NCBI GenBank assembly: GCA_014799595.1
Contig: JAAVHR010000022.1
Location: 1-60,890 of the forward strand
Direction of reading: 5' to 3'
Length of the DNA: 60,890 bases
Source: Clostridiales bacterium
Lineage (GTDB): Bacteria > Bacillota > Clostridia > Lachnospirales > Lachnospiraceae
Shown here: positions 52,255 to 60,890 of the stretch, piece by piece
How positions within the stretch are numbered: the stretch's first letter is position 1
How the letters are laid out: each line of letters begins with the position of its first letter
The notes under the pieces: generated by a model
Databases searched by the model: none
Told to the model about the DNA's origin: nothing
What the model saw: only the letters and a program-made list of their open reading frames with translations
Translations under genes and position numbers: made by a program

Positions 52255-53673
52255 ATGAATAGTATAAAAAATCTCGTTTATGAATTAAACAGAGGAAAAC
52301 AATTAGATATCAATATACCTTTCTATAAAGATGTATTAAAAGAAATTTATAATCAGACTTCTTTTCTTCATCTTGCCATGGAGTACTATGTACTTTATGA
52401 AATTTTGCAGGAAAGAGAGGGAAGAGATAATGCATATTTATCTGAGGACTTGTCTGTTGTTCATAAAGTAATGGAACAAGTTTTTTGTAGAGAAAAGGAT
52501 TTATCTTTACAAGAAGTAGAAGAATGTATTACAGAAATAGAAGAGGTTCGTAGTGATGTAATTCGTAAAATGGAACTTTTGACAATGTATACAGATAAAT
52601 TGCAGATTTATGAGCATGTTGTTAACCGGATGGAACTGCAATTTGAGACAGATTTTGAGGAAACAGACGTGGAATCTTTTGTAAAGCAGACTTTACAATT
52701 TATTTTCAGTGGTGAAGACAACGTAGTTATTAATGAGAATATAAAAGAAGTTCTTGCAGAACTTCCAGTTCGTATGGCACGTTCTAAGTATTTTCAGTTG
52801 ATTGAAAATAGTATGTCTGTTTATAAAGGTTCGGACAAATCTGCCCTAGATCGTTTTGTATACATGTTGGAAACCAGTGCTATGTTGTATGAACCTGAAG
52901 GCGTTGGGGAATATTTTAATGAGATTCAGGAATTTGCAGATAGTCTCGACCAGTGTATCTTTGCAGAGATGTCAGAGCATGATTTTAGTGATTTATATGA
53001 TTCATTGGAGGAATATGCTGGTAGGATTGAAGAGATAGCAAATTTATATGTGGATATCCAGACAGTATTAAATTCCTTGTATGGTTATTTACTTTCTTAT
53101 AGCGGGCGAGGTTGTACAGATAACAGCGAAGAGGCTTGTCTTGATATTTTAAGAACATTACATCAGATGTTTGTAGAATCAGAATGGAAAGCTATTCCAG
53201 AAGAAGTGGCAGAAAAACTAGTACTTACAGAAGGAAAACAAGAAAAACTTGCTGAGGATATGATACAACTACAGGGTGCATTTTATAAGTTAGTGGAGGG
53301 CCATCAGGATAAGATAGAAAAGCTGGGATTAGTAGAGGAATTTGTAAGACTTGAAATGGAACAGCAGTTATTATCTGTGGGAAGTACATTTGTTGATTTT
53401 CATACGGAAGAGGAAGAGGTAATTGCAGAGGAGGATTATGTTCTTGAGAAAACAGAGGAATTAATCGGAAAATTAAAAGATAGATTTGCAAAACAGGAAA
53501 TGTGTGTAAATCGTGCAGTTATTGCAGCTACTATTAGTAAATTCCCTGTTTTCTTCACTTCTTCTAAAGAAGTGGAGGAGTATATACGAGAAGCATTGAC
53601 CCGATGTAAGGATATTGCAGAAAGACAAGCAAGTATGAATTTAATACAGCTTTTATGGGATGGTACAGAATAA
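52255..53673 (+). CDS. Hypothetical acidic cytoplasmic protein (472 aa)
   Basis: Long ORF preceded by the RBS GAAGGAGAG. I recognise no family. Confidence 0.6.
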   Translation: MNSIKNLVYELNRGKQLDINIPFYKDVLKEIYNQTSFLHLAMEYYVLYEILQEREGRDNAYLSEDLSVVHKVMEQVFCREKDLSLQEVEECITEIEEVRSDVIRKMELLTMYTDKLQIYEHVVNRMELQFETDFEETDVESFVKQTLQFIFSGEDNVVINENIKEVLAELPVRMARSKYFQLIENSMSVYKGSDKSALDRFVYMLETSAMLYEPEGVGEYFNEIQEFADSLDQCIFAEMSEHDFSDLYDSLEEYAGRIEEIANLYVDIQTVLNSLYGYLLSYSGRGCTDNSEEACLDILRTLHQMFVESEWKAIPEEVAEKLVLTEGKQEKLAEDMIQLQGAFYKLVEGHQDKIEKLGLVEEFVRLEMEQQLLSVGSTFVDFHTEEEEVIAEEDYVLEKTEELIGKLKDRFAKQEMCVNRAVIAATISKFPVFFTSSKEVEEYIREALTRCKDIAERQASMNLIQLLWDGTE

Positions 53674-53674
53674 T

Positions 53675-54007
53675 ATGATTGTATGGTATAAGCATTTGTA
53701 TTACAAAAATCATGCAGGACATCAAATTGAGGAATGGAAGAAAAAGGTAGAAAAAGAAAAGCCTATGTTCCCGATTTATTGTGTATGTCTTGCATCGAAT
53801 CCTTGTAATTTATTGGATATTATGAATGTAAATGAATTATTATTTTCTTATTATCAAAAGAGAAAAGTTGTTATTGTCGGATTGGCTGCAAATCGTAAGG
53901 AAGCCATGGAATTAGCAGCAGAAATTGTAGAGGAAGTTTATACAAAGACTGGTGATTTTGATATTCGGGGTTTTGTGGAAGAAAATCAGAACGATAGAGA
54001 GGTGTGA
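53675..54007 (+). CDS. Hypothetical protein (110 aa)
   Basis: Tightly coupled to both neighbours: TAA-N-ATG upstream and a GTGA overlap downstream. Confidence 0.5.
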   Translation: MIVWYKHLYYKNHAGHQIEEWKKKVEKEKPMFPIYCVCLASNPCNLLDIMNVNELLFSYYQKRKVVIVGLAANRKEAMELAAEIVEEVYTKTGDFDIRGFVEENQNDREV

Positions 54008-55056
54008 GCAGGTTGCATATTTTGTTGCTGATTTTGAAAATTATTGGCATTCTTATATTAGTAGTATTGGGTTTCCTGCTTACTTTATTTCTATTGGTAT
54101 TATTTGTACCAATTCGTTACAGAATAGATGGAGAGAAAGAAAGTCAAAGCAATTTAAAAGGAAAAGTACGGCTGAATTGGCTCATGCATATACTATCTAT
54201 ACGCATTCTTATAGATGAAGAAATATCTACGGATATTAAGATATTTGGAATACCTGTTTTTTTGAAAAAAAGTAAAGAGGATTTTAAGTCTAAGAAGGAA
54301 GATAAGAAAGTATCAAAACATAAAAAAAGAGAAAAAAATACAAATCATCCAAACCGAAAAAAGAAAGAGGCAGGGGTTGAAACAAAACATAAGAATCCAA
54401 AAGATGAAAGTACTGTCTTTATAAAGGAATCTAAAACAGAAGAGAAAGAAGTACAAACGGAAGAACTCAAAGAAATAGTCCCAGTAGATATAAAAGAAAA
54501 GAAGAAAGTTAAGGAGCAACCCCTGCAACAAAAAGAAAAAAAGAAAAAAAATATTTTTTACAAAATTCGGAAAAAAATGATTTGGTTTTGGCATGAGGCA
54601 AAAAAAATATATAATCAAATTCTTTCTTTTTTGCAAAGTTTGAAATATCATTGGACAGAATGGTTCGATAAGAAGGAAATACTTATTCAGGCATGGCACA
54701 ATAAGGAAAATCAAAGAGGAATTCATTTTGTGTGGGAAAGCACAAAAGGATTGTTACAACATATCGCACCAAAGAAGTGGACAGGATATATTCATTTTGG
54801 AATGGATAACCCAGAAAGTACTGGTAAAATTCTTGGACTAATTGGTATATTTGGTGGTATAATAGGTATATTACCAGAAATCCAGCCGGATTTTGAAAAG
54901 AAGATTTTTGAAGGAAAAGTTATGTTAAAGGGCAGAATTTATAGCTTTTATTTGATACAACTGCTTATACGAATTTGGAAGAAAAAGGAAGTTCATAAGT
55001 TAATTGACAATATTAAGAAAGTATGGGAGGAATTATCATGGCAGAAAACAATATAG
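54004..55056 (+). CDS. YtfI-like (DUF2953-like) membrane protein with a long Lys/Glu-rich insert
   Basis: The N-terminal TM is followed by VPIRYRIDGEK. It lies directly upstream of a ytfJ homolog. The family assignment is from memory. Confidence 0.5.
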   Translation: MSRLHILLLILKIIGILILVVLGFLLTLFLLVLFVPIRYRIDGEKESQSNLKGKVRLNWLMHILSIRILIDEEISTDIKIFGIPVFLKKSKEDFKSKKEDKKVSKHKKREKNTNHPNRKKKEAGVETKHKNPKDESTVFIKESKTEEKEVQTEELKEIVPVDIKEKKKVKEQPLQQKEKKKKNIFYKIRKKMIWFWHEAKKIYNQILSFLQSLKYHWTEWFDKKEILIQAWHNKENQRGIHFVWESTKGLLQHIAPKKWTGYIHFGMDNPESTGKILGLIGIFGGIIGILPEIQPDFEKKIFEGKVMLKGRIYSFYLIQLLIRIWKKKEVHKLIDNIKKVWEELSWQKTI

Positions 55057-55415
55057 GCGAGACTGTGGAAGCTTTGTTTCAAGGATTGGATAGTTTTTTA
55101 ACCACCAAAACAGTGGTTGGAGATGCCGTAAAATTTGAAGATGGTACGATTATTTTACCATTAGTGGATGTAAGCTTTGGTGTAGGTGCAGGTGCGTTTG
55201 CAAATGGGGAAAAGAAGAAAAATAATGCAGGTGGAGGTATGGGTGGATCCATGCAGCCAAGTGCAGTGCTTGTGATTCAAAATGGAACAATAAAACTGGT
55301 TAATGTGAAAAATCAGGATGGTATAACAAAGATTTTGGATATGGTGCCAGATTTTGTTAATAAAGTAATTTCAGGGAAAAAGGAAGTAACGGACGATACA
55401 GAAGAGTTTGAGTAA
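55038..55415 (+). CDS. ytfJ: GerW-family sporulation protein YtfJ
   Basis: Contains TTKTVVGDAVKFEDGTIILPLVDVSFGVGAGAF...GGGMGG...P.AVLVI. Confidence 0.85.
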   Translation: MAENNIGETVEALFQGLDSFLTTKTVVGDAVKFEDGTIILPLVDVSFGVGAGAFANGEKKKNNAGGGMGGSMQPSAVLVIQNGTIKLVNVKNQDGITKILDMVPDFVNKVISGKKEVTDDTEEFE

Positions 55416-55552
55416 CCGTTTGGTCATGCAAAAGTATATGTGCAACTTCGACAAGGGAGCTTCCTCACAGAGAGCAAGTTGTACATTGTGGCAAAATAGG
55501 AATGGAATGGCTGAATGAGTGCGAAAGAATAAAAGAAAATTAAAAATTTTTC

Positions 55553-55581
55553 TTGCATTATGTAGAAATATTTGATAGAAT
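55553..55581 (+). promoter_or_regulatory. Candidate promoter of rpmB
   Basis: TTGCAT (55553-55558), a 17-nt spacer, then TAGAAT (55576-55581). Confidence 0.6.
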
Positions 55582-55641
55582 AGATTTGTTTGGTGCGTGG
55601 AATATGTATCTGCGCATAATAAACATAAGGAGGTGCTTTCG

Positions 55642-55827
55642 ATGGCTAAATGTGCAATTTGTGAAAAAGGAGCTCACTTCGGTATCAAAGTGAGTCACTC
55701 ACATAGAAGAAGTAATAAGATGTGGAAATCTAATGTAAAATCTGTAAAGGTTAAAGTGAATGGAGCTGCTAAGAAGATGTATGTTTGTACTTCTTGTTTA
55801 AGATCCGGTTTAGTGGAACGTGCTTAA
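55642..55827 (+). CDS. rpmB: 50S ribosomal protein L28
   Basis: Begins MAKCAICEKGAHFGIKVSHSHRRSNKMWKSNV, after AAGGAGGTG. Confidence 0.95.
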   Translation: MAKCAICEKGAHFGIKVSHSHRRSNKMWKSNVKSVKVKVNGAAKKMYVCTSCLRSGLVERA

Positions 55828-55840
55828 TTCATTTGAAAAG

Positions 55841-55870
55841 GATGTCATACTTTGGTGTGGCATCTTTTTT
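55841..55870 (+). terminator. Rho-independent terminator after rpmB
   Basis: GATGTCATAC pairs with GTGTGGCATC (two G:U pairs), followed by TTTTTT. Confidence 0.8.
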
Positions 55871-55871
55871 G

Positions 55872-55898
55872 CTTTATAGGAAAGTTCGTCCTATAAAG
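55872..55898. repeat. Conserved hairpin CTTTATAGGA-N7-TCCTATAAAG, copy 2 of 2
   Basis: Same sequence context as 8041-8085. Confidence 0.8.
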
Positions 55899-55960
55899 TA
55901 TAAAAGTTCCAAAAATATATGTGTAAGTTTTAGGAGAGTATATAAAGGGACAGTCCTCCT

Positions 55961-56098
55961 TTAACATGTAAAGAGATTATAGCCAAGAACAAGACAAAAT
56001 ATGATAAGAAAAATGGCAAGTAAGCCACTGGTTACAAAAAGCATAATAGTCATTCCTATAGCAATCCAAAAGAGAATAAAACCGAACATACGTTTCAT
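55961..56098 (-). CDS. Candidate 45-aa small membrane protein (below the ORF-track cutoff)
   Basis: The minus strand reads ATG AAA CGT ... TGT TAA, giving MKRMFGFILFWIAIGMTIMLFVTSGLLAIFLIIFCLVLGYNLFTC. That predicts two hydrophobic helices. The RBS is weak. Confidence 0.35.
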   Translation of the reverse strand: MKRMFGFILFWIAIGMTIMLFVTSGLLAIFLIIFCLVLGYNLFTC

Positions 56099-56400
56099 AG
56101 ATTTACCTGGCCTTTCAAAAGATTTTCATTATGATTTACATGATTAAATAAAAAACTATTGTATATATAAGTGTATGCTGTATAAGATAAAAAGTGACAG
56201 GAAAGATAATAAAGTCTTTATCTGTAATACAATTTGCAAATAATTGAAATTTGTAATATTTTTAGTCATGTTTGTATATTTTGGCAAAACATGTATGATA
56301 TGGCTAAACTGTTATGTTTATTTTTAATTCAGGGTAGAAAAGTAAGTAAAAAAAAGTTATACTATATGGTAGGAATGAAAAATATAAAAAAGAAAGGGTT

Positions 56401-56766
56401 ATGATAATGAAAGGACATATTTCAAGTCAAAAGGGAAGTGTACAAATTGATAATGAAGTTATGGCAAAGTATGCTGGTTCGGCTGCTGTAGAGAATTTTG
56501 GAATCGTAGGAATGGCATCAGTAAATATGAAAGATGGTTTGGTGACGCTTCTAAAAAGGGATAACGTAAGTCATGGTGTAAATGTTGTGATAAATGAGAA
56601 TAATAAGTTGAAGATTGACTTACACATTATTGTAGCTTATGGAGTGAGTATTTCTGCAGTGTGCGAGAATCTGATTAGCAATGTGAAGTATAAAATTGAA
56701 GAATTCACAGGTATGGAAGTAAAGAAGATTAGCGTATTTGTTGAAGGTGTAAGAGTACTGGATTAA
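56401..56766 (+). CDS. Asp23/Gls24-family envelope stress protein (YloU-like)
   Basis: 121 aa containing the typical Asp23 pattern V.I...V....A..A..E..G. Located upstream of yloV. Confidence 0.85.
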   Translation: MIMKGHISSQKGSVQIDNEVMAKYAGSAAVENFGIVGMASVNMKDGLVTLLKRDNVSHGVNVVINENNKLKIDLHIIVAYGVSISAVCENLISNVKYKIEEFTGMEVKKISVFVEGVRVLD

Positions 56767-56779
56767 GGAGGTTACGATT

Positions 56780-58465
56780 GTGGTTATCAAGGCAATTGAT
56801 GCGGCAATGCTACAAAAAATGTTTCTTGCAGGAGCAAAAAACATTGAAGCAAAAAAAGAATATATAAACGAATTAAATGTATTTCCAGTTCCTGATGGAG
56901 ATACTGGAACGAACATGACATTAACAATTTTGTCAGCTGCTAAAGAAGTAGCAGCAATAGAAAATCCCACAATGGATAGCTTGTCAAAAGCAATTTCCAG
57001 CGGTTCACTTCGTGGTGCAAGAGGTAATTCAGGTGTTATTTTATCCCAGTTATTCCGTGGATTTACACGTGGATTGAAAGGCGTAGAGGAGATTACAGTT
57101 CCGGTTATGGCAGAAGCTTTTGGCAAAGCAGTAGAGACTGCTTATAAGGCAGTTATGAAGCCAAAAGAAGGAACAATTTTGACTGTGGCAAAGGGCGGTG
57201 CAGATAAAGCGGCAGAGCTTTCTGGTAAAGTAGAAGATATCAAAGAATTTTGTAAGGAAGTTCTTTCATACATGGAATATGTATTGTCTCAAACACCTGA
57301 GATGCTTCCGGTATTAAAAGAAGCCGGAGTGGTAGATTCTGGTGGACAAGGTTTATTGACTGTATTGCAGGGTGGATATGATGTATTGCTTGGAAAAGAG
57401 ATTGATTTTGAGGCAATCAAAGCAGAACCGGTAAAAGCAGTAGCATCTACTATGAATTCCAGTGAAGTATCTACTGCAGATATTAAATTCGGATATTGTA
57501 CAGAATTTATTATTATGTTAGAAAAAACATTTACCATGGATGATGAACTGCATTTTAAAGATTTCTTGGAGAATCTTGGAGATTCTATTGTTGTAGTAGC
57601 AGACGAGGAAGTTGTAAAGGTACATGTGCATACAAATGATCCTGGTCTTGCTATTCAAAAAGCATTGACTTATGGTGCACTTACAAGTATGAAGATCGAT
57701 AATATGCGTCAGGAGCATAATGAAAAGGTAATTCGTGAGGAAGAAAGAAGAATTGCCCAAGAAAAAGAAACAAAGAAAGAAGAAATAGCTACAAACCAGC
57801 AGAAAAAACCATTTGGATTTATTAGTGTGTCTGTTGGCGAAGGATTAAGCGAAATCTTCCGTGGGCTTGGTGTCGACTATTTGATAGAAGGCGGACAAAC
57901 TATGAATCCAAGTACAGCAGATATGTTGGATGCCATTGCAAAAGTCCATGCAGAGACGATATTTATTTTACCAAATAACAAAAATATCATCCTTGCGGCA
58001 GAACAGGCAGCAGAGCTTACAGAAGACAAAGAGATTATTGTCATTCCTACCAAAACTATTCCACAGGGAATTACTGCCTTAGTGAATTTTATGGAAGAGA
58101 AGAGTGCAAAGGAAAATGCAGACAATATGACTAGTGAAATTGAAAATGTGAAGTCTGGACAGGTAACCTATGCAGTAAGAGACACTTCTATTGATGGCAA
58201 AGAGATACATGTGGATGATATTATGGGAATTGGTGAGAAAGGCATTGAAACAGTTGGACAGGATATTGAACAGACCACTTTGGATTTGTTAGATACCATG
58301 CTGAATGAAGATTCCGAATTAGTATCTATCTTCTATGGTGAGGGAGTAACAGAGAAAGATGCAGATGCAATTGCAGAGAAACTCTCAGAAAAATATCCAG
58401 ATACAGAAGTAGAAGTACAGTTTGGTGGACAGCCAATTTATTACTATATATTATCTGTAGAGTAA
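56780..58465 (+). CDS. yloV: DAK2-domain fusion protein YloV
   Basis: Contains DGDTGTNM, an N-terminal Dak2 domain and a DegV-like C-terminal half. Confidence 0.9.
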   Translation: MVIKAIDAAMLQKMFLAGAKNIEAKKEYINELNVFPVPDGDTGTNMTLTILSAAKEVAAIENPTMDSLSKAISSGSLRGARGNSGVILSQLFRGFTRGLKGVEEITVPVMAEAFGKAVETAYKAVMKPKEGTILTVAKGGADKAAELSGKVEDIKEFCKEVLSYMEYVLSQTPEMLPVLKEAGVVDSGGQGLLTVLQGGYDVLLGKEIDFEAIKAEPVKAVASTMNSSEVSTADIKFGYCTEFIIMLEKTFTMDDELHFKDFLENLGDSIVVVADEEVVKVHVHTNDPGLAIQKALTYGALTSMKIDNMRQEHNEKVIREEERRIAQEKETKKEEIATNQQKKPFGFISVSVGEGLSEIFRGLGVDYLIEGGQTMNPSTADMLDAIAKVHAETIFILPNNKNIILAAEQAAELTEDKEIIVIPTKTIPQGITALVNFMEEKSAKENADNMTSEIENVKSGQVTYAVRDTSIDGKEIHVDDIMGIGEKGIETVGQDIEQTTLDLLDTMLNEDSELVSIFYGEGVTEKDADAIAEKLSEKYPDTEVEVQFGGQPIYYYILSVE

Positions 58466-58502
58466 TAAAAACCAAAGAAAGATAGAGTTATTATAATATT
58501 TA

Positions 58503-58638
58503 GTAACTATTCAGGTAGAAACACGCATTTACTGCGTGTTTCGTAAGAAAAAAGTGAAAGTTGATTGTTCTAAGCCCTTCGCCAAAGGCGAATTTTCATG
58601 GGCTTAGAACGTAACTGTTCATGGTTCTGAACAGTTAC
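58503..58638 (+). mobile_element. Type-1 GTAAC-box element, short form (module B almost entirely deleted)
   Basis: A perfect 8-bp direct repeat AATATTTA lies at 58495-58502 and 58639-58646. Confidence 0.9.
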
Positions 58639-58649
58639 AATATTTATAA

Positions 58650-58676
58650 GTAATGTTCATGGTTCTGGACAGTTAC
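58650..58676. mobile_element. Minimal GTAAC-box hairpin with its own flanking repeat
   Basis: GTAATGTTCATGGTTCTGGACAGTTAC is flanked by ATTTATAA and ATTTCTAA (7 of 8 match). Confidence 0.55.
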
Positions 58677-58682
58677 ATTTCT

Positions 58683-58712
58683 AAAACGAGGGTGTAGAAT
58701 CCCTCGTTTTGT
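58683..58712. terminator. Bidirectional-type terminator hairpin
   Basis: AAAACGAGGG (58683-58692) pairs with CCCTCGTTTT (58701-58710). Confidence 0.65.
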
Positions 58713-58744
58713 AGTTTAATTATATTAAGTAAGGTATAAAAAGT

Positions 58745-58760
58745 GGGTGTGAACAGTAAC
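58745..58760. repeat. Solo right end of a family-2 element (GGGTGTGAACAGTAAC)
   Basis: Matches the last 14-16 nt of 2923-3067 and 34701-34845. No partner end is nearby. Confidence 0.5.
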
Positions 58761-58780
58761 GGGAAGAAGGAAGGTATGTT

Positions 58781-60820
58781 ATGAAAATTACAGATTCTAT
58801 TGTTGCGATTAAGGGGATAGGAGAAAAGACCCAGAAAAATTTTGAAAAACTGGATATACAAACAGTGGGAGATTTGCTGGAACATTACCCTAGAGATTAT
58901 GATGAATATAAGCCTATATGTCCAATTGGGGAATTGAGGGAAGGCGAAGTTGCAGCGATTGAAGGAAGTCTTGACCGATTGCCTAAAATGAAGGTAGTAA
59001 GAAAATTAAAGATACTTACCTGCTCTATAAAAGATGGGAGTGGCAGTATTGGATTGACTTGGTTTAACATGCCTTTTTTAGTTGGTTCTCTTCATGCTGG
59101 AACAAAATACATTTTTCGTGGAAAAGTAATCCGGAAAAATGGTGTATTGGTAATGGAACAGCCACAACTGCTTACCAAAGAGCAGTTTTATAATAAATTA
59201 CATATTTTACAACCGATTTATCCTTTGACAGCAGGAGTTACAAATAATGCAGTAACAAAAGCCATTACCAATGCAGTAAAAGAAGTGGATTATGAGGAGG
59301 ATTATCTTCCAGCAACTCTTAGAAAAGAATATAATCTTGTTAGTTATAAACAAGCCATAAAAGGGATTCATTTTCCTAGTAACAGAGAAATCATGATGAA
59401 AGCAAGAAGGCGTGTAGTATTTGATGAATTTTTCCTTTTTTCCTTGTCTATGAAACAATTAAAAAAGAATAAACAAAAAAAGAAAAATAATTATAAAATA
59501 ACAAATGATAGTGCCAGCAGCCAGTTAATAGAAAGCCTGCAATACGAATTAACCAATGCACAGAAAAAGGTATGGGAAGAGGTAAAAGCAGATCTTGGAG
59601 ATATAGGAGTAATGAACCGTCTGATTCAAGGAGATGTAGGATCTGGTAAAACCATTATTGCAGTATTGGCATTACTTATGGTTGCAAAAAATGGATATCA
59701 GGGGGCTATAATGGTGCCTACAGAAGTGCTGGCTAAGCAACATTTTGAAAGTATGGAAGAACTTTTAGAACCTTTTGGTGTAAAAATGACTTTATTAGTT
59801 GGATCTATGACAGTGAAAGAGAAAAGAGAAGCATATACCCAGATTAAAAATAGCGAAGTGCAAATTATTGTAGGTACACATGCGTTGATTCAGGAGAAAG
59901 TAGAATATGATAATTTGGCACTGGTGGTTACAGATGAGCAGCACCGTTTTGGGGTAAGACAAAGAGAATGTTTTGCAGGGAAAGGATTGGAGCCGCATAT
60001 ATTAGTTATGAGTGCAACTCCGATTCCAAGGACACTGGCGATTATTCTTTATGGTGATTTAGATTTGTCTGTTATGGATGAATTGCCGGGAAACCGTATT
60101 CCTATCAAAAACTGTGTGGTTAATACCGGATACCGCCAGACAGCATACCGTTTTATCGAAAAGGAAGTAGAAGCAGGCAGACAGGCGTATGTTATTTGCC
60201 CTATGGTGGAAGAAAGTGAAAATATTGAAGCAGAGAATGTATTAGATTACACAGAGCAATTGAAAGGTTATCTAAAACCGGAAATTGAGGTAGCATATCT
60301 TCATGGAAAAATGAAACCAAAAGAAAAAAATAACATTATGGAAAGCTATGCAAAAGGGGAAATTCAGGTATTGGTGTCTACTACAGTTATTGAGGTTGGC
60401 ATTAATGTACCTAATGCCACTGTTATGATGATTGAAAATTGTGAAAGGTTTGGTCTTGCCCAATTACATCAGCTTCGGGGAAGAGTAGGAAGAGGTGGTT
60501 ATCAGTCCTATTGTATTTTTATGATAGGACAGGAAGGAAAAGAGACTAGGGAGCGAATGGAAATTATGGGAAAAACCAATGATGGATTTCGGATTGCAAA
60601 AGAAGATTTGCGGTTGCGTGGACCAGGAGACCTGTTTGGAGTACGTCAAAGTGGTGTGCTGGAATTTAAGATGGCAGATGTTTTTAACGATGCATCTATT
60701 TTGCAGGAAGCACACGAAGCAGCCCAGCAATTCGGAGAAGATGATATGAAGTTAATGTGCAAAAAGTATAAGAGATTGCGGGATAAGATTTTTGACTATT
60801 GCCAGGATGTGTCGTTATAA
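58781..60820 (+). CDS. recG: ATP-dependent DNA helicase RecG
   Basis: Has a wedge domain, helicase motifs (GDVGSGKT, DEQHRFG) and QLHQLRGRVGRG. Confidence 0.95.
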   Translation: MKITDSIVAIKGIGEKTQKNFEKLDIQTVGDLLEHYPRDYDEYKPICPIGELREGEVAAIEGSLDRLPKMKVVRKLKILTCSIKDGSGSIGLTWFNMPFLVGSLHAGTKYIFRGKVIRKNGVLVMEQPQLLTKEQFYNKLHILQPIYPLTAGVTNNAVTKAITNAVKEVDYEEDYLPATLRKEYNLVSYKQAIKGIHFPSNREIMMKARRRVVFDEFFLFSLSMKQLKKNKQKKKNNYKITNDSASSQLIESLQYELTNAQKKVWEEVKADLGDIGVMNRLIQGDVGSGKTIIAVLALLMVAKNGYQGAIMVPTEVLAKQHFESMEELLEPFGVKMTLLVGSMTVKEKREAYTQIKNSEVQIIVGTHALIQEKVEYDNLALVVTDEQHRFGVRQRECFAGKGLEPHILVMSATPIPRTLAIILYGDLDLSVMDELPGNRIPIKNCVVNTGYRQTAYRFIEKEVEAGRQAYVICPMVEESENIEAENVLDYTEQLKGYLKPEIEVAYLHGKMKPKEKNNIMESYAKGEIQVLVSTTVIEVGINVPNATVMMIENCERFGLAQLHQLRGRVGRGGYQSYCIFMIGQEGKETRERMEIMGKTNDGFRIAKEDLRLRGPGDLFGVRQSGVLEFKMADVFNDASILQEAHEAAQQFGEDDMKLMCKKYKRLRDKIFDYCQDVSL

Positions 60821-60840
60821 CAAATAGTATTCTTTTCTGC

Positions 60841-60890
60841 TTATTTCTATATATTCACTCTTTTTAGGTAGAACCTTGCACTCTGCTGCA
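60841..60890 (+). repeat. Start of another AGGTAG-hairpin element, cut by the window edge
   Basis: Reverse complement of about 21274-23 (...TTTTTAGGTAGAACCTTGCACTCTGCTGCA). Confidence 0.7.

Noticed and set aside
1-60890. CRISPR array as an explanation for the recurring palindromic repeats
   Set aside because: The copies are dispersed across intergenic regions rather than regularly spaced with unique spacers. They are bounded by inverted termini and 8-bp target duplications. No cas genes are present.

Overview
The window is a low-GC Firmicutes chromosome segment. Gene order suggests Clostridia, possibly Lachnospiraceae-like, but that is inference only. Every confident gene is on the + strand; the only minus-strand call is one low-confidence 45-aa ORF.

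The first third is core translation and housekeeping: smpB and tmRNA, a two-component system, rplU-prp-rpmA, obg, ylxM-ffh-rpsP-khpA-rimM-trmD-rplS, lepB-rbgA-lepB-rnhB, yraN, pgeF and pnp.

The middle is accessory surface biology:
- a 1695-aa BspA-type LRR/Big_2 surface protein;
- a complete Gram-positive type IV pilus locus (pilB-pilT-pilC-pilA-pilD-pilMN-pilO, four proteins in total with prepilin motifs including pilA, and two further pilus-associated ORFs);
- a CYTH enzyme and a 1372-aa membrane-anchored protein of unknown function;
- a rhomboid-like membrane protein with a zinc ribbon;
- an 1135-aa fusion of two GT-C glycosyltransferase modules.

The end returns to core genes: ytfI/ytfJ-like, rpmB, asp23, yloV and recG.

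The most unusual signal is not a gene. About 20 copies of a modular, multi-hairpin, MITE-like repeat superfamily lie in the intergenic regions.
- Their termini are GTAACWGTTCA...TGAACWGTTAC.
- They are flanked by 8-bp target-site duplications, which are perfect at eight loci.
- Two loci show nested insertions.
- A subterminal hairpin keeps its pairing while its sequence changes between subfamilies.
- The copies fill the gaps of the rpsP-rplS operon, donate the stop codons of obg and trmD, and one sits inside the pilus operon.

I saw no rRNA, tRNA or CRISPR array and no transposase gene.
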